This document shows positions 1 to 9,210 of a DNA stretch of 64,000 nt, one piece after another (the stretch's first letter is position 1; each line of letters begins with the position of its first letter). The notes beneath the pieces were generated by a model. The model had not been told where the DNA came from, did not search any database, and saw only the letters and a list, made by a program, of their open reading frames with translations. The stretch covers positions 1 to 64,000 of the forward strand of contig JAWLHB010000026.1 in NCBI GenBank assembly GCA_041690595.1, written 5' to 3'. The stretch is from Lentisphaeria bacterium. Lineage in GTDB: Bacteria > Verrucomicrobiota > Lentisphaeria > JABSQK01 > JAWLHB01. A program made the position numbers and the translations under genes.

Positions 1-360
1 ACTCAGGCGAGTGGCGTGCCCAGGAACGCTGCACCGCGGAAGCGACGCGAAATCATGGTTCAGCCTTCATTGGCGTAGCTGGCAGAATCTGCTTCGGACC
101 GATCAGGTGCAATGCATCCCCAACCCTGGGCACGCCACTCGCCTGAGTGGCACCGGGTTGCGCGTTGCCACCCAACCCCCACGTGTCGGTGTCATCCGTA
201 TCGTCCGCCCTCAGCGCCAGCGCATAAGGCGACTCTCGTGGCGGACGTTTCAGATCTCTCCTCCACCGCGGACATCAGGCCACCTCCAACGCCGGAGCCA
301 CTCAGGCGAGTGGCGTGCCCAGGAACGCTGCACCGCGGAAGCGACGCGAAATCATGGTTC
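1..360. repeat. Left REP cluster: 27-bp palindromic REP CCTGGGCACGCCACTCGCCTGAGTGGC (minus copy truncated at 1-24, plus copy 125-151, minus copy 297-323)
   Basis: Read directly; internal hairpin GCCACTC-GCCT-GAGTGGC; 1-61 identical to 300-360; adjacent to RAYT. Confidence 0.9.
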
Positions 361-499
361 TGCCCTCACTGATGTAGCAAGAGCCGCTTCAATTCCCAAA
401 ACGATGATCGCACAACTGGCGAAGTTCAGATCTATAGCGTACAGTTCTCTACACTTTCCTCACTCTTCCCGCTATCTACCTTCTCATTCAGAGCATGGC

Positions 500-1108
500 A
501 TGCCGGATCATCAAGAGTGGTACAGCCGCGGTTATCTGCCGCACCGAGACGCGCCGGAGCTTATTCAGCACCTTACGCTGCACCTGGCGGACAGTCTGTC
601 CGCTGATGCGATTGAACGCATCGAGCACTCGATCCTTACTCTCGACCATGAGCTGCGGCTGGTTGAACGGCGCAGGCGCATTCATGCCTGGGTGGAAGCG
701 GGCCACGGCTCCTGCATTCTGGTAGACGCCGCCATCGCCAGCGGCGTCCAGAGTGTGTTGCAGCATTTCAACCGCGATCGGTACCAGCTTCACGCCTGGG
801 TGATCATGCCCAACCATCTGCACGTGCTTTTTCATCCTATGAACGGCTGGACCATGCAGCAAGTCGTGGCGACATGGAAGAAGCGCACGGGGCGCATCGT
901 ACACGACAGTCTCCGGGATCAGCAGCGGGCAGCCATGGTCGAGGCCCTTTCCCCGCTATGGCACCGTGAACCGTGGGACCGCTACATCCGCGATCGCGAG
1001 CATTACCAGGCTGTGGTTACCTACATTCATCAGAACCCTGTACGGGCACGGCTGGTGAAGTGCGCCTCGGACTGGCCATGGAGCAGTGCCTCCCTCGCGA
1101 CTACATAG
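500..1108 (+). mobile_element. REP-associated tyrosine transposase (RAYT, IS200/Y1 HUH family), 202 aa
   Basis: Likely true start MPDHQEWYSRGYLPH inside ORF 11..1108; LADSL, HUH motif WVIMPNHLHVLF, WDRYIRD, catalytic-Tyr motif YIHQNPV, C-terminal DWPWSS; flanked by REPs. Confidence 0.9.
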
Positions 1109-1160
1109 AGCCGTAGCCGGCGGAATGCGGCCGGGCAATGTCCATGGTCGGTGCCTCCCT

Positions 1161-2009
1161 CCTGGGCACGCCACTCGTCTGAGTGGCTCCGGGTTGCGCG
1201 TCGCCACCCACCCCCACTGTCGGTGTCATCCGAACCGTCCGCCCGCGCCTTCGTGTTGCGCGTTGCCTCCCACCCCACGTATCGGCTGATCACTCGCTCC
1301 TCCTGGGCACGCCACTCGCCTGAGTGGCACCGGGATGCGCGTCGCCTCCCACCCAACGTAACGGCGTCGTCGCAACCATCCGCCCGCAGCCCCGGGTTGC
1401 GTGTCGCCTCCCACCCCACGTGTCGGCCGCCTGCTCGCCCATCCTGGGCACGCCACTCGCCTGAGTGGCACCGGGTTGCGTGTCGCTTCACCCCCAACGC
1501 GAAGGCGTCGTCGCAACCATCCGCCCGCAGCCCCGGGTTTTACGTCGCCTTTCACCCCACGCGTCGGCTGCCTGCTCGCCCATCCTGGGCACGCCACTCG
1601 CCTGAGTGGCACCGGGTTGCGTGTCGCTTTACCCCCAACGCGAAGGCGTCGTCGCAACCATCCGCCCGCAGCCCCGGGTTGCGTGTCGCCTCCCACCCAA
1701 CGCGAAGGACCATTGCTCGCCCATCCTGGGCACGCCACTCGCCTGAGTGGCACCGGGTTGCGCGTCGCCACCCACCCAACGCGAAGGACCATTGCTCGCT
1801 TCCCTGGGCAACGCCAGCAGATGAGACGCCTCTCGCGGCGGACGTTTCGGATCTCTCCTCCACCGTGGGCATAAGGCCACCTCCAACGCCGGAGCCACTC
1901 AGGCGAGTGGCGTGCCCAGGAACGCTGCACCGCGGAAGCAACGCGAAATGATGGTTCATTGGCATAGCTGGCAGAATCCGCTTCGGACCGATCATGTGCC
2001 CAGGAACGC
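1161..2009. repeat. Right REP cluster: tandem array with plus REPs at 1161, 1302, 1443, 1584, 1725 (141-bp period), degenerate copy at 1803, minus copy 1894-1920, partial copy 1996-2009
   Basis: Positions read from sequence; inter-REP segments are homologous to each other. Confidence 0.92.
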
Positions 2010-2035
2010 GCGCAATCGGCCTTCCCGCCGCGCCG

Positions 2036-4195
2036 CTACTCCCGGGGGGAATAGACGAAGACCGGGGCGATGAGTCCGCCGGTGCCGACTTCGTCGAGCG
2101 TCTGATTCACGACGCGGAGCAACAGCACATTGACCTCTCCGGGGGCGGCCGCTTCCGTGATGTCGAAATCGAAATGCCGAAAGGCACCCGTGTGCGTACC
2201 GATCGGTTTGCCGTTGAGCCAGACCGTGACGCCTTCATCCACGCCGCCGAACCAGAGGCGCAGTGGCGCGTCCCCTTTGGGCAGCTCGAAGCGCTGGCGG
2301 TACCAGGCGACACCGTCGTACTCGCCGAGACCTTCACTGACCCAACTGCTGGTCCAGGTCGGTTGCGGTTGCCACGCTTCTTCCGCTTCCTGCATGGGAT
2401 CGAGCTGGAAATCCCAGACCGGATCCAGAGCCGCGATCATCCGCTCCTCGCTGGTTGTCCTGCGCCAGCCCGCTTCGATAGCATTGCCGAAGAAGAGATC
2501 CAGGTAGGGGCGGGCGAACGACGGATTGAGCAGTGGCGGGTCGTACGCTTGCAGATTGGCGATGAGCTGGCGGCATGCATCGAGCGCCGCGTGGGCATCG
2601 GCGAATCGAGCCTGATCGCGCGCGTCGATCATGGTGCAGAAGGCATCCAGGTAGTCCAGATTGAGTGAAATGGCCTGGGTGCGGTCGCGGTAAGGTGCGT
2701 CAGTGGCGCCGGCGAGCGCCTGGTTCACCGATTCCCGGGCCTGGCTCCGTACCGCCTTTGTGTAGACGCGCGGAAAGTCGATGGCCGAGCCGGCATGAAA
2801 GGGGGCATCGCGCATCGTACGCTCCAGCAGCTCATGATACGCCTGCATGGGGGCGGCCGCGGGGCCGTAGAAGCGGCTGTAGAAGTCGCTGAGCAGCGCC
2901 TCCACGTCGGTCTCATGATCCCAAAGGAGGCGCGCCCCCACGTAGCTCGAAGGCAGTTGGCTGATGTAATGGCTGTAGTCGGATCCGCGCACCCCCTTGA
3001 TGCCGGCCGCATGGTAGGCGGGAAAGTCTCGGCGATACCGGTGCACCGCCGGCAGCGGCAGCCCCGGGCCGGCAATATTCCCCCAGTCGCTGCGCTCATG
3101 GAACTCCCCTTGGAGCACCTTCACCCACTGCGTTTCGAGCGCCAGTACGCCCTGCCGCTGAGGGCAGGCTGGGTTGTTCACCCCATGCAGTCGGCAGAAG
3201 CCATTCGCCCAGGCAAGCACATCCAGATTCGCATGGCCGATGGTCCGCGACGGCGGTTGAAACTGCGGCGTGCAGACCGTCAGCATCAGCCGCTTCCCCG
3301 GAAGGTCCCCGGCGACGCTCTCCAGTAGCCGATTGCAGAACCAGACGTAGCGGTCGTTCAGGTTGATGCCCCCCGTGAAAGGCGAGGCAAGCCGCTCCGG
3401 AGGATCCAGCGCGCGACATCCGTCGCACTCGCAATGGTTGTCGCCATGATTGCTCACCGGCATCCAGATCGCCGTCGGCCGCTTCTCGAAGTAGGCGCGC
3501 ATCACCTCGGCTTCCAGCCGCAGCACCTCGGGATTCGAGACGCACAGCTGGTTGGGACGCCGCTCTCCCTTGACCAGCGCGAAGAACTCCGGATGCTCGG
3601 CAAAGGGGGCGGGATCGGGAAAGGAAAGGGAAGAAGGCTGGGCAATACCGCCAAGCCGGCTCCGCTGGCGCCAGATCGGTTGCGCCCCGCTCATGCCCCG
3701 CACGGCAAACGACGGCGACTGAAGTCGTGCCTGATCCACCACGGCCAGCCGATCTCCCGTCGGCAGGACCCGCCCCAGTTCGCCCGGCATGTACCACCGG
3801 ACCCCAAGCTGCTCCAGCAGGTCATAGACGCCATACAAGGTGCCGATCGGCGTCACCCCGCCGATGGTGATGTCGTCGCCGCGGACCACCAGCGCATAAC
3901 TGCCCGGCGCCCGGCTCCGGCTCTCCAACTCCTCGCGATGCGCTTCCGTCAGCACACCCAATCTGACCGCGATCATCTCAGGCAGGGGGGCGGCAACCAC
4001 CGCCGCACGCTCACCCGTGATCGCTTCGAGATGCTCCACCAGCTCCCTGGCCGCCTGCCGCTCCAGCTTGTCCGGTGCGGCGGGTTGAACAATGCAGAGC
4101 CTCAGCTTCCCGTCGACGACGAGTTCAGTACCCATGCTCGGGAGAGCGACGACGAATGCGGAGAGCAGGAAAGTGAGGTACTGTTTCATGATCAC
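2036..4195 (-). CDS. Secreted DUF4838-domain protein with C-terminal GH2-type sugar-binding (jelly-roll) domain
   Basis: Signal peptide; GTLYGVYDLLEQLGVRWY, HPEFFAL..QLCVSNPEV, CECDGC, ARLLWD; C-terminal YDGVAWYRQRF..FGGVDE..VWLNG. Confidence 0.8.
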   Translation of the reverse strand: MIMKQYLTFLLSAFVVALPSMGTELVVDGKLRLCIVQPAAPDKLERQAARELVEHLEAITGERAAVVAAPLPEMIAVRLGVLTEAHREELESRSRAPGSYALVVRGDDITIGGVTPIGTLYGVYDLLEQLGVRWYMPGELGRVLPTGDRLAVVDQARLQSPSFAVRGMSGAQPIWRQRSRLGGIAQPSSLSFPDPAPFAEHPEFFALVKGERRPNQLCVSNPEVLRLEAEVMRAYFEKRPTAIWMPVSNHGDNHCECDGCRALDPPERLASPFTGGINLNDRYVWFCNRLLESVAGDLPGKRLMLTVCTPQFQPPSRTIGHANLDVLAWANGFCRLHGVNNPACPQRQGVLALETQWVKVLQGEFHERSDWGNIAGPGLPLPAVHRYRRDFPAYHAAGIKGVRGSDYSHYISQLPSSYVGARLLWDHETDVEALLSDFYSRFYGPAAAPMQAYHELLERTMRDAPFHAGSAIDFPRVYTKAVRSQARESVNQALAGATDAPYRDRTQAISLNLDYLDAFCTMIDARDQARFADAHAALDACRQLIANLQAYDPPLLNPSFARPYLDLFFGNAIEAGWRRTTSEERMIAALDPVWDFQLDPMQEAEEAWQPQPTWTSSWVSEGLGEYDGVAWYRQRFELPKGDAPLRLWFGGVDEGVTVWLNGKPIGTHTGAFRHFDFDITEAAAPGEVNVLLLRVVNQTLDEVGTGGLIAPVFVYSPRE

Positions 4196-5223
4196 AGGAA
4201 GAGGGGACGGCGAATTGGCGATTCATCGTCGGGAAGTCCGAACGCTTCCAGAACCAGGCGGCGGATCTCCCGCAGCTCCGCTTGCCCGTCGGGAACGACC
4301 GTATCGAGCAGAAGCCGCGGAAGGTGGTTGTCCAGGAACTGCCGGACAAAGGTCTCCGGCACCTGCAGTCGCCGCAGCGGCCAGATCATCTTGTCCGCCG
4401 CCAGTTGCTGACGATGCATCAGACCGAAGGTCGAATGGGGTTGCTGATTCAGCGTGCTGCGGTTCACCACCACCAGGATGGCGTCGCTCAGGATGGCCTC
4501 CACCGACATCACCGACTCGACCCCATGCCGATAGTAACAACTGCCGCTGACCCCGCAGAGCTGAGGCTCCGACAGGAAGACGCGCCGCGCGGTCTCGATG
4601 TCGAAGAGCTTGTATCCCGAGTGGAAGTCGGGAAACTCGTCCAGCAGCGTGGCATACTCCAGGCGCAGGGGGCGCCCGGTGACGGCGCCGTGATAATGGA
4701 GCGCGTCGAGCATGACCCGGTCCGCAAGCTCCTCGATCTCCCCACGCGGAAAGCCCATGGGGCGGTGACGCGATATGCGACGCCCAAGGACCAGCACCCG
4801 ACTCTGAAAGCTCTGCCGCTGTACATGCTCTCCCGCACGGATGAAGTTGAGCAGCTCGTTGGCGAAGTGATCCCCATCCTGATCGACAATCGCGACGAAG
4901 CTCAGTCCCGGTCGTTCGATGAGCAGATCCACTCCTTGCCGGGCCGCCTGCAGCTTGCCATGATTCTCTTCGCCGACCACGATCTGTACACCGAACTGCT
5001 GGGCCAGCTCGGCCGCGATCTCCGCTCCATGCGCGTTGCCATCCACGCTGAGGCAGATCGACATGGGATCGTCCACCTGTTGCACGAATGCCGACACCGT
5101 ATCCGTCAGGTAATCAGCCGCGTCGCCGGCCGCATCGCCTTTCGGGAAATAGACCGGAATGACGATTCCCGTCGAGAGGCGCATGGTGGTCAACGCGGAC
5201 TGATAAGAGTTGGTCGTATGCAT
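4192..5223 (-). CDS. Glycosyltransferase family 2 (GT-A)-like protein
   Basis: N-terminal GIVIPVY, ENHGKLQA, DxD motif IVDQDGDH, VLGRR, DFHSGYKLF. Confidence 0.7.
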   Translation of the reverse strand: MHTTNSYQSALTTMRLSTGIVIPVYFPKGDAAGDAADYLTDTVSAFVQQVDDPMSICLSVDGNAHGAEIAAELAQQFGVQIVVGEENHGKLQAARQGVDLLIERPGLSFVAIVDQDGDHFANELLNFIRAGEHVQRQSFQSRVLVLGRRISRHRPMGFPRGEIEELADRVMLDALHYHGAVTGRPLRLEYATLLDEFPDFHSGYKLFDIETARRVFLSEPQLCGVSGSCYYRHGVESVMSVEAILSDAILVVVNRSTLNQQPHSTFGLMHRQQLAADKMIWPLRRLQVPETFVRQFLDNHLPRLLLDTVVPDGQAELREIRRLVLEAFGLPDDESPIRRPLFL

Positions 5224-5231
5224 GGGGTGCC

Positions 5232-6305
5232 CTATTCTGGAAGGATGAGATCGCTTTCGCGGAAGACATAACCCCGGATCTGTGCCTTCGGCGCATCGTC
5301 AAGAAGATAATTGACCACATAGAGTTCGCCATCATCCATGGCGACCCAGCCGCTGTACCCCGTATCGGAGTGCGGTGAACGATCGAAGCTGATCGGGAAG
5401 ATCCGCGTACGCGCATTCCCGCGTTCCGTCGCCAGGCAGGATTCCACATCCGTCATGCCGGCAAAGAGGTTCTGCGTCCACCAGCCCGTCCATCCTTTGC
5501 CCCCCTGCATGTGGCGATAGGTGATCATGACGCGGCCGCTGGGCAGCATCCCCGCTACCGGGCGATGGCAGGCCGGCAGCGTAAAGCGGCACAAGTCGCC
5601 CCAGCTTTCACCGCCATCACGGCTGATCGCTTTGAACGCATCCAGCCCCTGGCCCGAATTCTCGCGCATGAAGCAGACCAGTTCCCCACCCGGCAACTCC
5701 AGGATGCTTCCCTCGCAGAGCTTCAGCCCCGCATCCGCCGCGATGGTGACGGGCCCATGCCACGTAGCTCCCCGATCGTCCGTATGCCAGACGCGAACAT
5801 GCCAGATATCCTGGCCGTCCACTGTAAGGATGGTGTGCGCCGCCAGCAGCCAGCGTCCCGCCTGCTCACCATGGCGAAGCTCGATGAGCTGGTCCGGCAC
5901 GATGCCGTGGACCGGGGTAGGGCGGGGGCCTTCCCAGCTGGCTCCTTCGTCCGCACTGATCCACAGCCAATTGCTCTGCTCGCCGCCGCTCTTGCCCTCG
6001 TTGCGCCCCGCAATGCGGTCTGCCACCGCCACCAGCCGCCCATCGCTCATGGTCGAGATGCGGGCGCAGTTCCAGTAGGGATCCTGCTTCGGATCACCGC
6101 GCAGCGGAGCCGACAGGGGGCGCTTCGTCGACCACGTGCGGCCACGATCCGTCGAGTCGGTCAGCATGATCCGCGTATAGTCCCGGCTGTGATGATGCGT
6201 GCATTCCGAGAAAACGCAGACCAGTCGGCCGGAGGGAGCAAGCGCCACATCGGGGAAGGCCTCGTAGATGGAGTCGTCGCGGCTGACCGAAAACTGCTGG
6301 ATCAT
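5232..6305 (-). CDS. BNR/Asp-box beta-propeller protein (exo-alpha-sialidase family)
   Basis: Four Asp boxes (STDRGRTW, SADEGASW, TDDRGATW, SRDGGESW), CEGSIL, DTGYS; start placed after G-rich RBS. Confidence 0.8.
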   Translation of the reverse strand: MIQQFSVSRDDSIYEAFPDVALAPSGRLVCVFSECTHHHSRDYTRIMLTDSTDRGRTWSTKRPLSAPLRGDPKQDPYWNCARISTMSDGRLVAVADRIAGRNEGKSGGEQSNWLWISADEGASWEGPRPTPVHGIVPDQLIELRHGEQAGRWLLAAHTILTVDGQDIWHVRVWHTDDRGATWHGPVTIAADAGLKLCEGSILELPGGELVCFMRENSGQGLDAFKAISRDGGESWGDLCRFTLPACHRPVAGMLPSGRVMITYRHMQGGKGWTGWWTQNLFAGMTDVESCLATERGNARTRIFPISFDRSPHSDTGYSGWVAMDDGELYVVNYLLDDAPKAQIRGYVFRESDLILPE

Positions 6306-6396
6306 GATCCCCCCCCTGGATTGGTGTGGCGTGATGAAAGCAAGATACACCGGGCTCGCCCCTACGCCAGGAGGCGACCCCGGTAATCAGATGCCG

Positions 6397-6858
6397 TCAG
6401 GCAATATCCGCCAGGATATCCACGGCATGCGTCTCGGTCTTGACCTTGCGGTAGATCTTCTGGATCGTCCCATCGGGGCCAATGACAAAGGTGCTGCGGA
6501 TGACCCCCATCGAGGTTTTGCCGTAGTTCGTCTTCTCTCCCCAGGCGCCATAGGCCTGAAGGATCTCCTTGTCGGGATCCGAAAGAAGGGTGAACGGCAG
6601 GTCGTACTTCTCGATGAACTTGCGGTGGGACTCCTCGCTGTCCGGGCTGACGCCGAGCACGGCCACGTCCCGTTGGTGCAACTCCTCGATATTGTCGCGG
6701 AAGTTGCAGGCTTCCTTGGTACATCCGGGGGTATCGTCTTTAGGATAGAAATAGAGAACAACGGTCTTGCCGCTGTACTCGTCGAGGGAGACAGTGGTTC
6801 CGTCCTGCGTCTTGGCGGTAAAGGCCGGGGCCTTGTCGCCTTCCTTCAGATCTGCCAT
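6397..6858 (-). CDS. bcp: Thioredoxin-dependent thiol peroxidase (Bcp/PrxQ)
   Basis: VLYFYPKDDTPGCTKEACNFRD motif, LLSDPD, RSTFVI. Confidence 0.93.
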   Translation of the reverse strand: MADLKEGDKAPAFTAKTQDGTTVSLDEYSGKTVVLYFYPKDDTPGCTKEACNFRDNIEELHQRDVAVLGVSPDSEESHRKFIEKYDLPFTLLSDPDKEILQAYGAWGEKTNYGKTSMGVIRSTFVIGPDGTIQKIYRKVKTETHAVDILADIA

Positions 6859-6948
6859 GGTGGAAACTCCTTGAAACTGGTGACTGGGCTATGAGGGCGG
6901 CGCCGAGGCGCCTGAAGCCTGCAACATAGATCAAGTACGCTTCGAAGT

Positions 6949-7917
6949 TCAAGCCTGCATGTCCACGACCTCACCCGTCCGAATGGCACGATCCGCCGCC
7001 AGCACGATGCGCGTTGCCTGAAGCCCGTCATAAGCAGTCAACTCCGGTTCGCGATCTTCCCGCAACGCCGCAATGAAGGCCTCGTTCTCCAGTTGCATCC
7101 CCTCTTCTTCCGTGCGCTCCTCCGTCCAACTCTTCTCCCCGTCGAAGAAGGTCGCCTTCTTCAGCCGATCGTGAAGCTGAACTGACTTCCCATCCCCGAA
7201 CAGCTCGAAGAAGAACTTGCTGGGAAAGGTCGCCGGCCCGGAATCTCCCTGAATCCAACTGCCGACATGCCCGTTCGCGAACTGGATGGTCGCGACGCAT
7301 TGATCGATGCACGGATGCCCTGGATGGGTGAGCGCACCGCCCGCGGCCCAGATGCGCTTCGGCTCACTGCCGGCAAGGTAGCGGATGATGTCCGTCGTAT
7401 GGCATCCCTGGCTGAAAACGTTGGCGCCCCCCTGCACCGGATCCTGCGGCCAGATATCGTCCGGCCACCGCCCATCCATCATCTGCCCGACCAGAATCTG
7501 CGGTTGCGGGATGAACGCGTGCGCTTGGCGAATGAGCGGATAGTAGCGCATCTTGAAGGCCGGCATCAGGTAAATGCCGTTGCGGATCACCGCCTCCGCC
7601 ACCGCCTCGCACTCCTCCTCGCGAAGCGCCAGAGGCTTCTCCACCAGCACGTGCTTGCCCGCTTCCGCCGCCGCAATGGCAAGCCCGGCGTGCGAATCGT
7701 GACGCGTACAGATGTAGACCGCATCGATGTTGTCGTCCATGAAGATCTGCCGCGTGTCGACGCACGCGTAGTCGCCGCCGAACTCCTGCAGGAAGCTCTT
7801 GGCTGCATCCTCATTCACATCGCTGTACGCGGCAAAAGCCGCATCCTCGATCTTGGCGATGCACTCCGCGTGAATCCTGCCAAGCTTGCCGCATCCAATC
7901 AGGCCGAGACGTATCAT
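6949..7917 (-). CDS. Gfo/Idh/MocA family oxidoreductase
   Basis: LIGCGKLG Rossmann motif, GKHVLVEKPLA, GCHTTD. Confidence 0.9.
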   Translation of the reverse strand: MIRLGLIGCGKLGRIHAECIAKIEDAAFAAYSDVNEDAAKSFLQEFGGDYACVDTRQIFMDDNIDAVYICTRHDSHAGLAIAAAEAGKHVLVEKPLALREEECEAVAEAVIRNGIYLMPAFKMRYYPLIRQAHAFIPQPQILVGQMMDGRWPDDIWPQDPVQGGANVFSQGCHTTDIIRYLAGSEPKRIWAAGGALTHPGHPCIDQCVATIQFANGHVGSWIQGDSGPATFPSKFFFELFGDGKSVQLHDRLKKATFFDGEKSWTEERTEEEGMQLENEAFIAALREDREPELTAYDGLQATRIVLAADRAIRTGEVVDMQA

Positions 7918-8024
7918 GAAGTAAGCTCCTTTATGATTGCTGAGGAATACCCTCCATAGCCTGACACCGTTACGCCGCTTTGCAAACCAATCGAAGCACC
8001 CCCGGAATTCTTTTTCCGGATCTC

Positions 8025-8077
8025 TTGCATCACGGCCGATTCTTTATTATTATGTTTTTTATGCTGACCATAAAAAA
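8025..8077 (+). promoter_or_regulatory. Sigma70-like promoter (TTGCAT-17bp-TATTAT) and 9-bp inverted repeat overlapping the regulator start codon
   Basis: TTGCAT 8025-8030, TATTAT 8048-8053, TTTTTTATG-ctgac-CATAAAAAA 8055-8077. Confidence 0.6.
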
Positions 8078-9197
8078 GAGCTTAGATGGGTGCGACCTGG
8101 GTCCCAGTCCCGCCTTGCCGCTGTGGCGGCAGGTCGAAGAACACCTCAAGGGACTCGTGAGAAGTGAACAACTGACTGCCGGTCAGAAGCTTCCAGCTCA
8201 CGAGGAACTGAGCCAGCAACTGGGGGTGGGCCATGTCACCTTACAGCGTGCCCTGGCTTCCCTGGTCAAGCAAGGCGTGATTGTGCGGCAGCCGCGGCGC
8301 GGAACCTTTGTCGCGGAGAAAGCGCACGCTCGGCAGCTCTGCATCGGCGTTGTCACCCGCGCCATGTTCGATCCAGCCGTCAGCGCCTTCGATGCCCTCG
8401 TCGCCCGCGCTATTGCCTCCTATTACGGGCAGACCGGTGACGATTATCGCTTCTACCAGTGCCTGCCCGCTCCCGGAGCGACGGACGACGCCGACGCGGA
8501 TCTCGATCCTCGCCTCATCGAGGATGTCGAACTCGGTCGACTACGCGGTCTCCTGGTCATCGGACGTATTCGCGAAGAACATGCGGACTTCCGCTCCCAG
8601 ATCGAGGCGCAGCACCTGCCCATCGTCGAGACATCCATCTTCGCCCCCGATACGGCCTATGCCGTTTCGCCCGACTACATGCAGCTCATTACGCTCGCCC
8701 TGCACCATGTCGTCGAGCAGAAGCGCCATCGCCCCGCCCTCATCTTCAACAGGGAGAAGGGGATAGCTGACGCTATCGACCGGCGGCCGCGCGCCTGGCG
8801 GCAGGCCCTGGCTTCCCTCGGCCTCCGTGAAGCCGATTCGCCCATGGTCACGGACGAGCCAACCGCGGAAGGTGGATACGCCTGCGTCAATCGCCTGCTC
8901 GATGCCGCCGTACAGCCCGACGCCATCATCTGCGCCGACGACGTCATGTGTCGCGGCGTCATCATGGCCTTTCTGGAAAGAAACATCGATGTGCCGGCCA
9001 AGGTGCTCCTCATCTCCCATGCCAACGAAGGCCGCGAGCTTTGGTCCCCCCTTCCAATCGTTCGGCTGGAGGCTTCCGCGGAGGCCATGGTCCGAGCCGC
9101 CTCCGAAATGCTGGCCCAGCGCATCGATGGGCGGCGCGTCGCCAAACCGCGGCAATGGATACCTTTTCGACTGGTGCTACCCAATGACAAACAGTAA
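8061..9197 (+). CDS. GntR-family HTH regulator with LacI-type periplasmic-binding-protein-like domain
   Basis: [30 protein letters not shown]-terminal [14 protein letters not shown]; start uncertain (7980 vs 8061). Confidence 0.88.
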   Translation: MLTIKKSLDGCDLGPSPALPLWRQVEEHLKGLVRSEQLTAGQKLPAHEELSQQLGVGHVTLQRALASLVKQGVIVRQPRRGTFVAEKAHARQLCIGVVTRAMFDPAVSAFDALVARAIASYYGQTGDDYRFYQCLPAPGATDDADADLDPRLIEDVELGRLRGLLVIGRIREEHADFRSQIEAQHLPIVETSIFAPDTAYAVSPDYMQLITLALHHVVEQKRHRPALIFNREKGIADAIDRRPRAWRQALASLGLREADSPMVTDEPTAEGGYACVNRLLDAAVQPDAIICADDVMCRGVIMAFLERNIDVPAKVLLISHANEGRELWSPLPIVRLEASAEAMVRAASEMLAQRIDGRRVAKPRQWIPFRLVLPNDKQ

Positions 9198-9210
9198 GGA
9201 GTTCATCACA

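Noticed and set aside
11..499. N-terminal extension of the RAYT ORF (365 aa call)
   Set aside because: It translates REP DNA; family similarity starts at Met 500
1161..1830. CRISPR array
   Set aside because: Linkers are ~114 bp and homologous to each other, repeats also occur inverted, no cas genes are present, and a RAYT is adjacent
1151..1951. 47-aa repeat protein ORFs (1151..1951 +, 1226..1930 - and others)
   Set aside because: Several frames stay open because 141 is divisible by 3 and the DNA is GC-rich; no RBS; conservation follows the DNA palindrome
6308..6317. Poly-C tract as a phase-variation site
   Set aside because: Short, lies upstream of the likely start, and reads as the G-rich RBS on the minus strand
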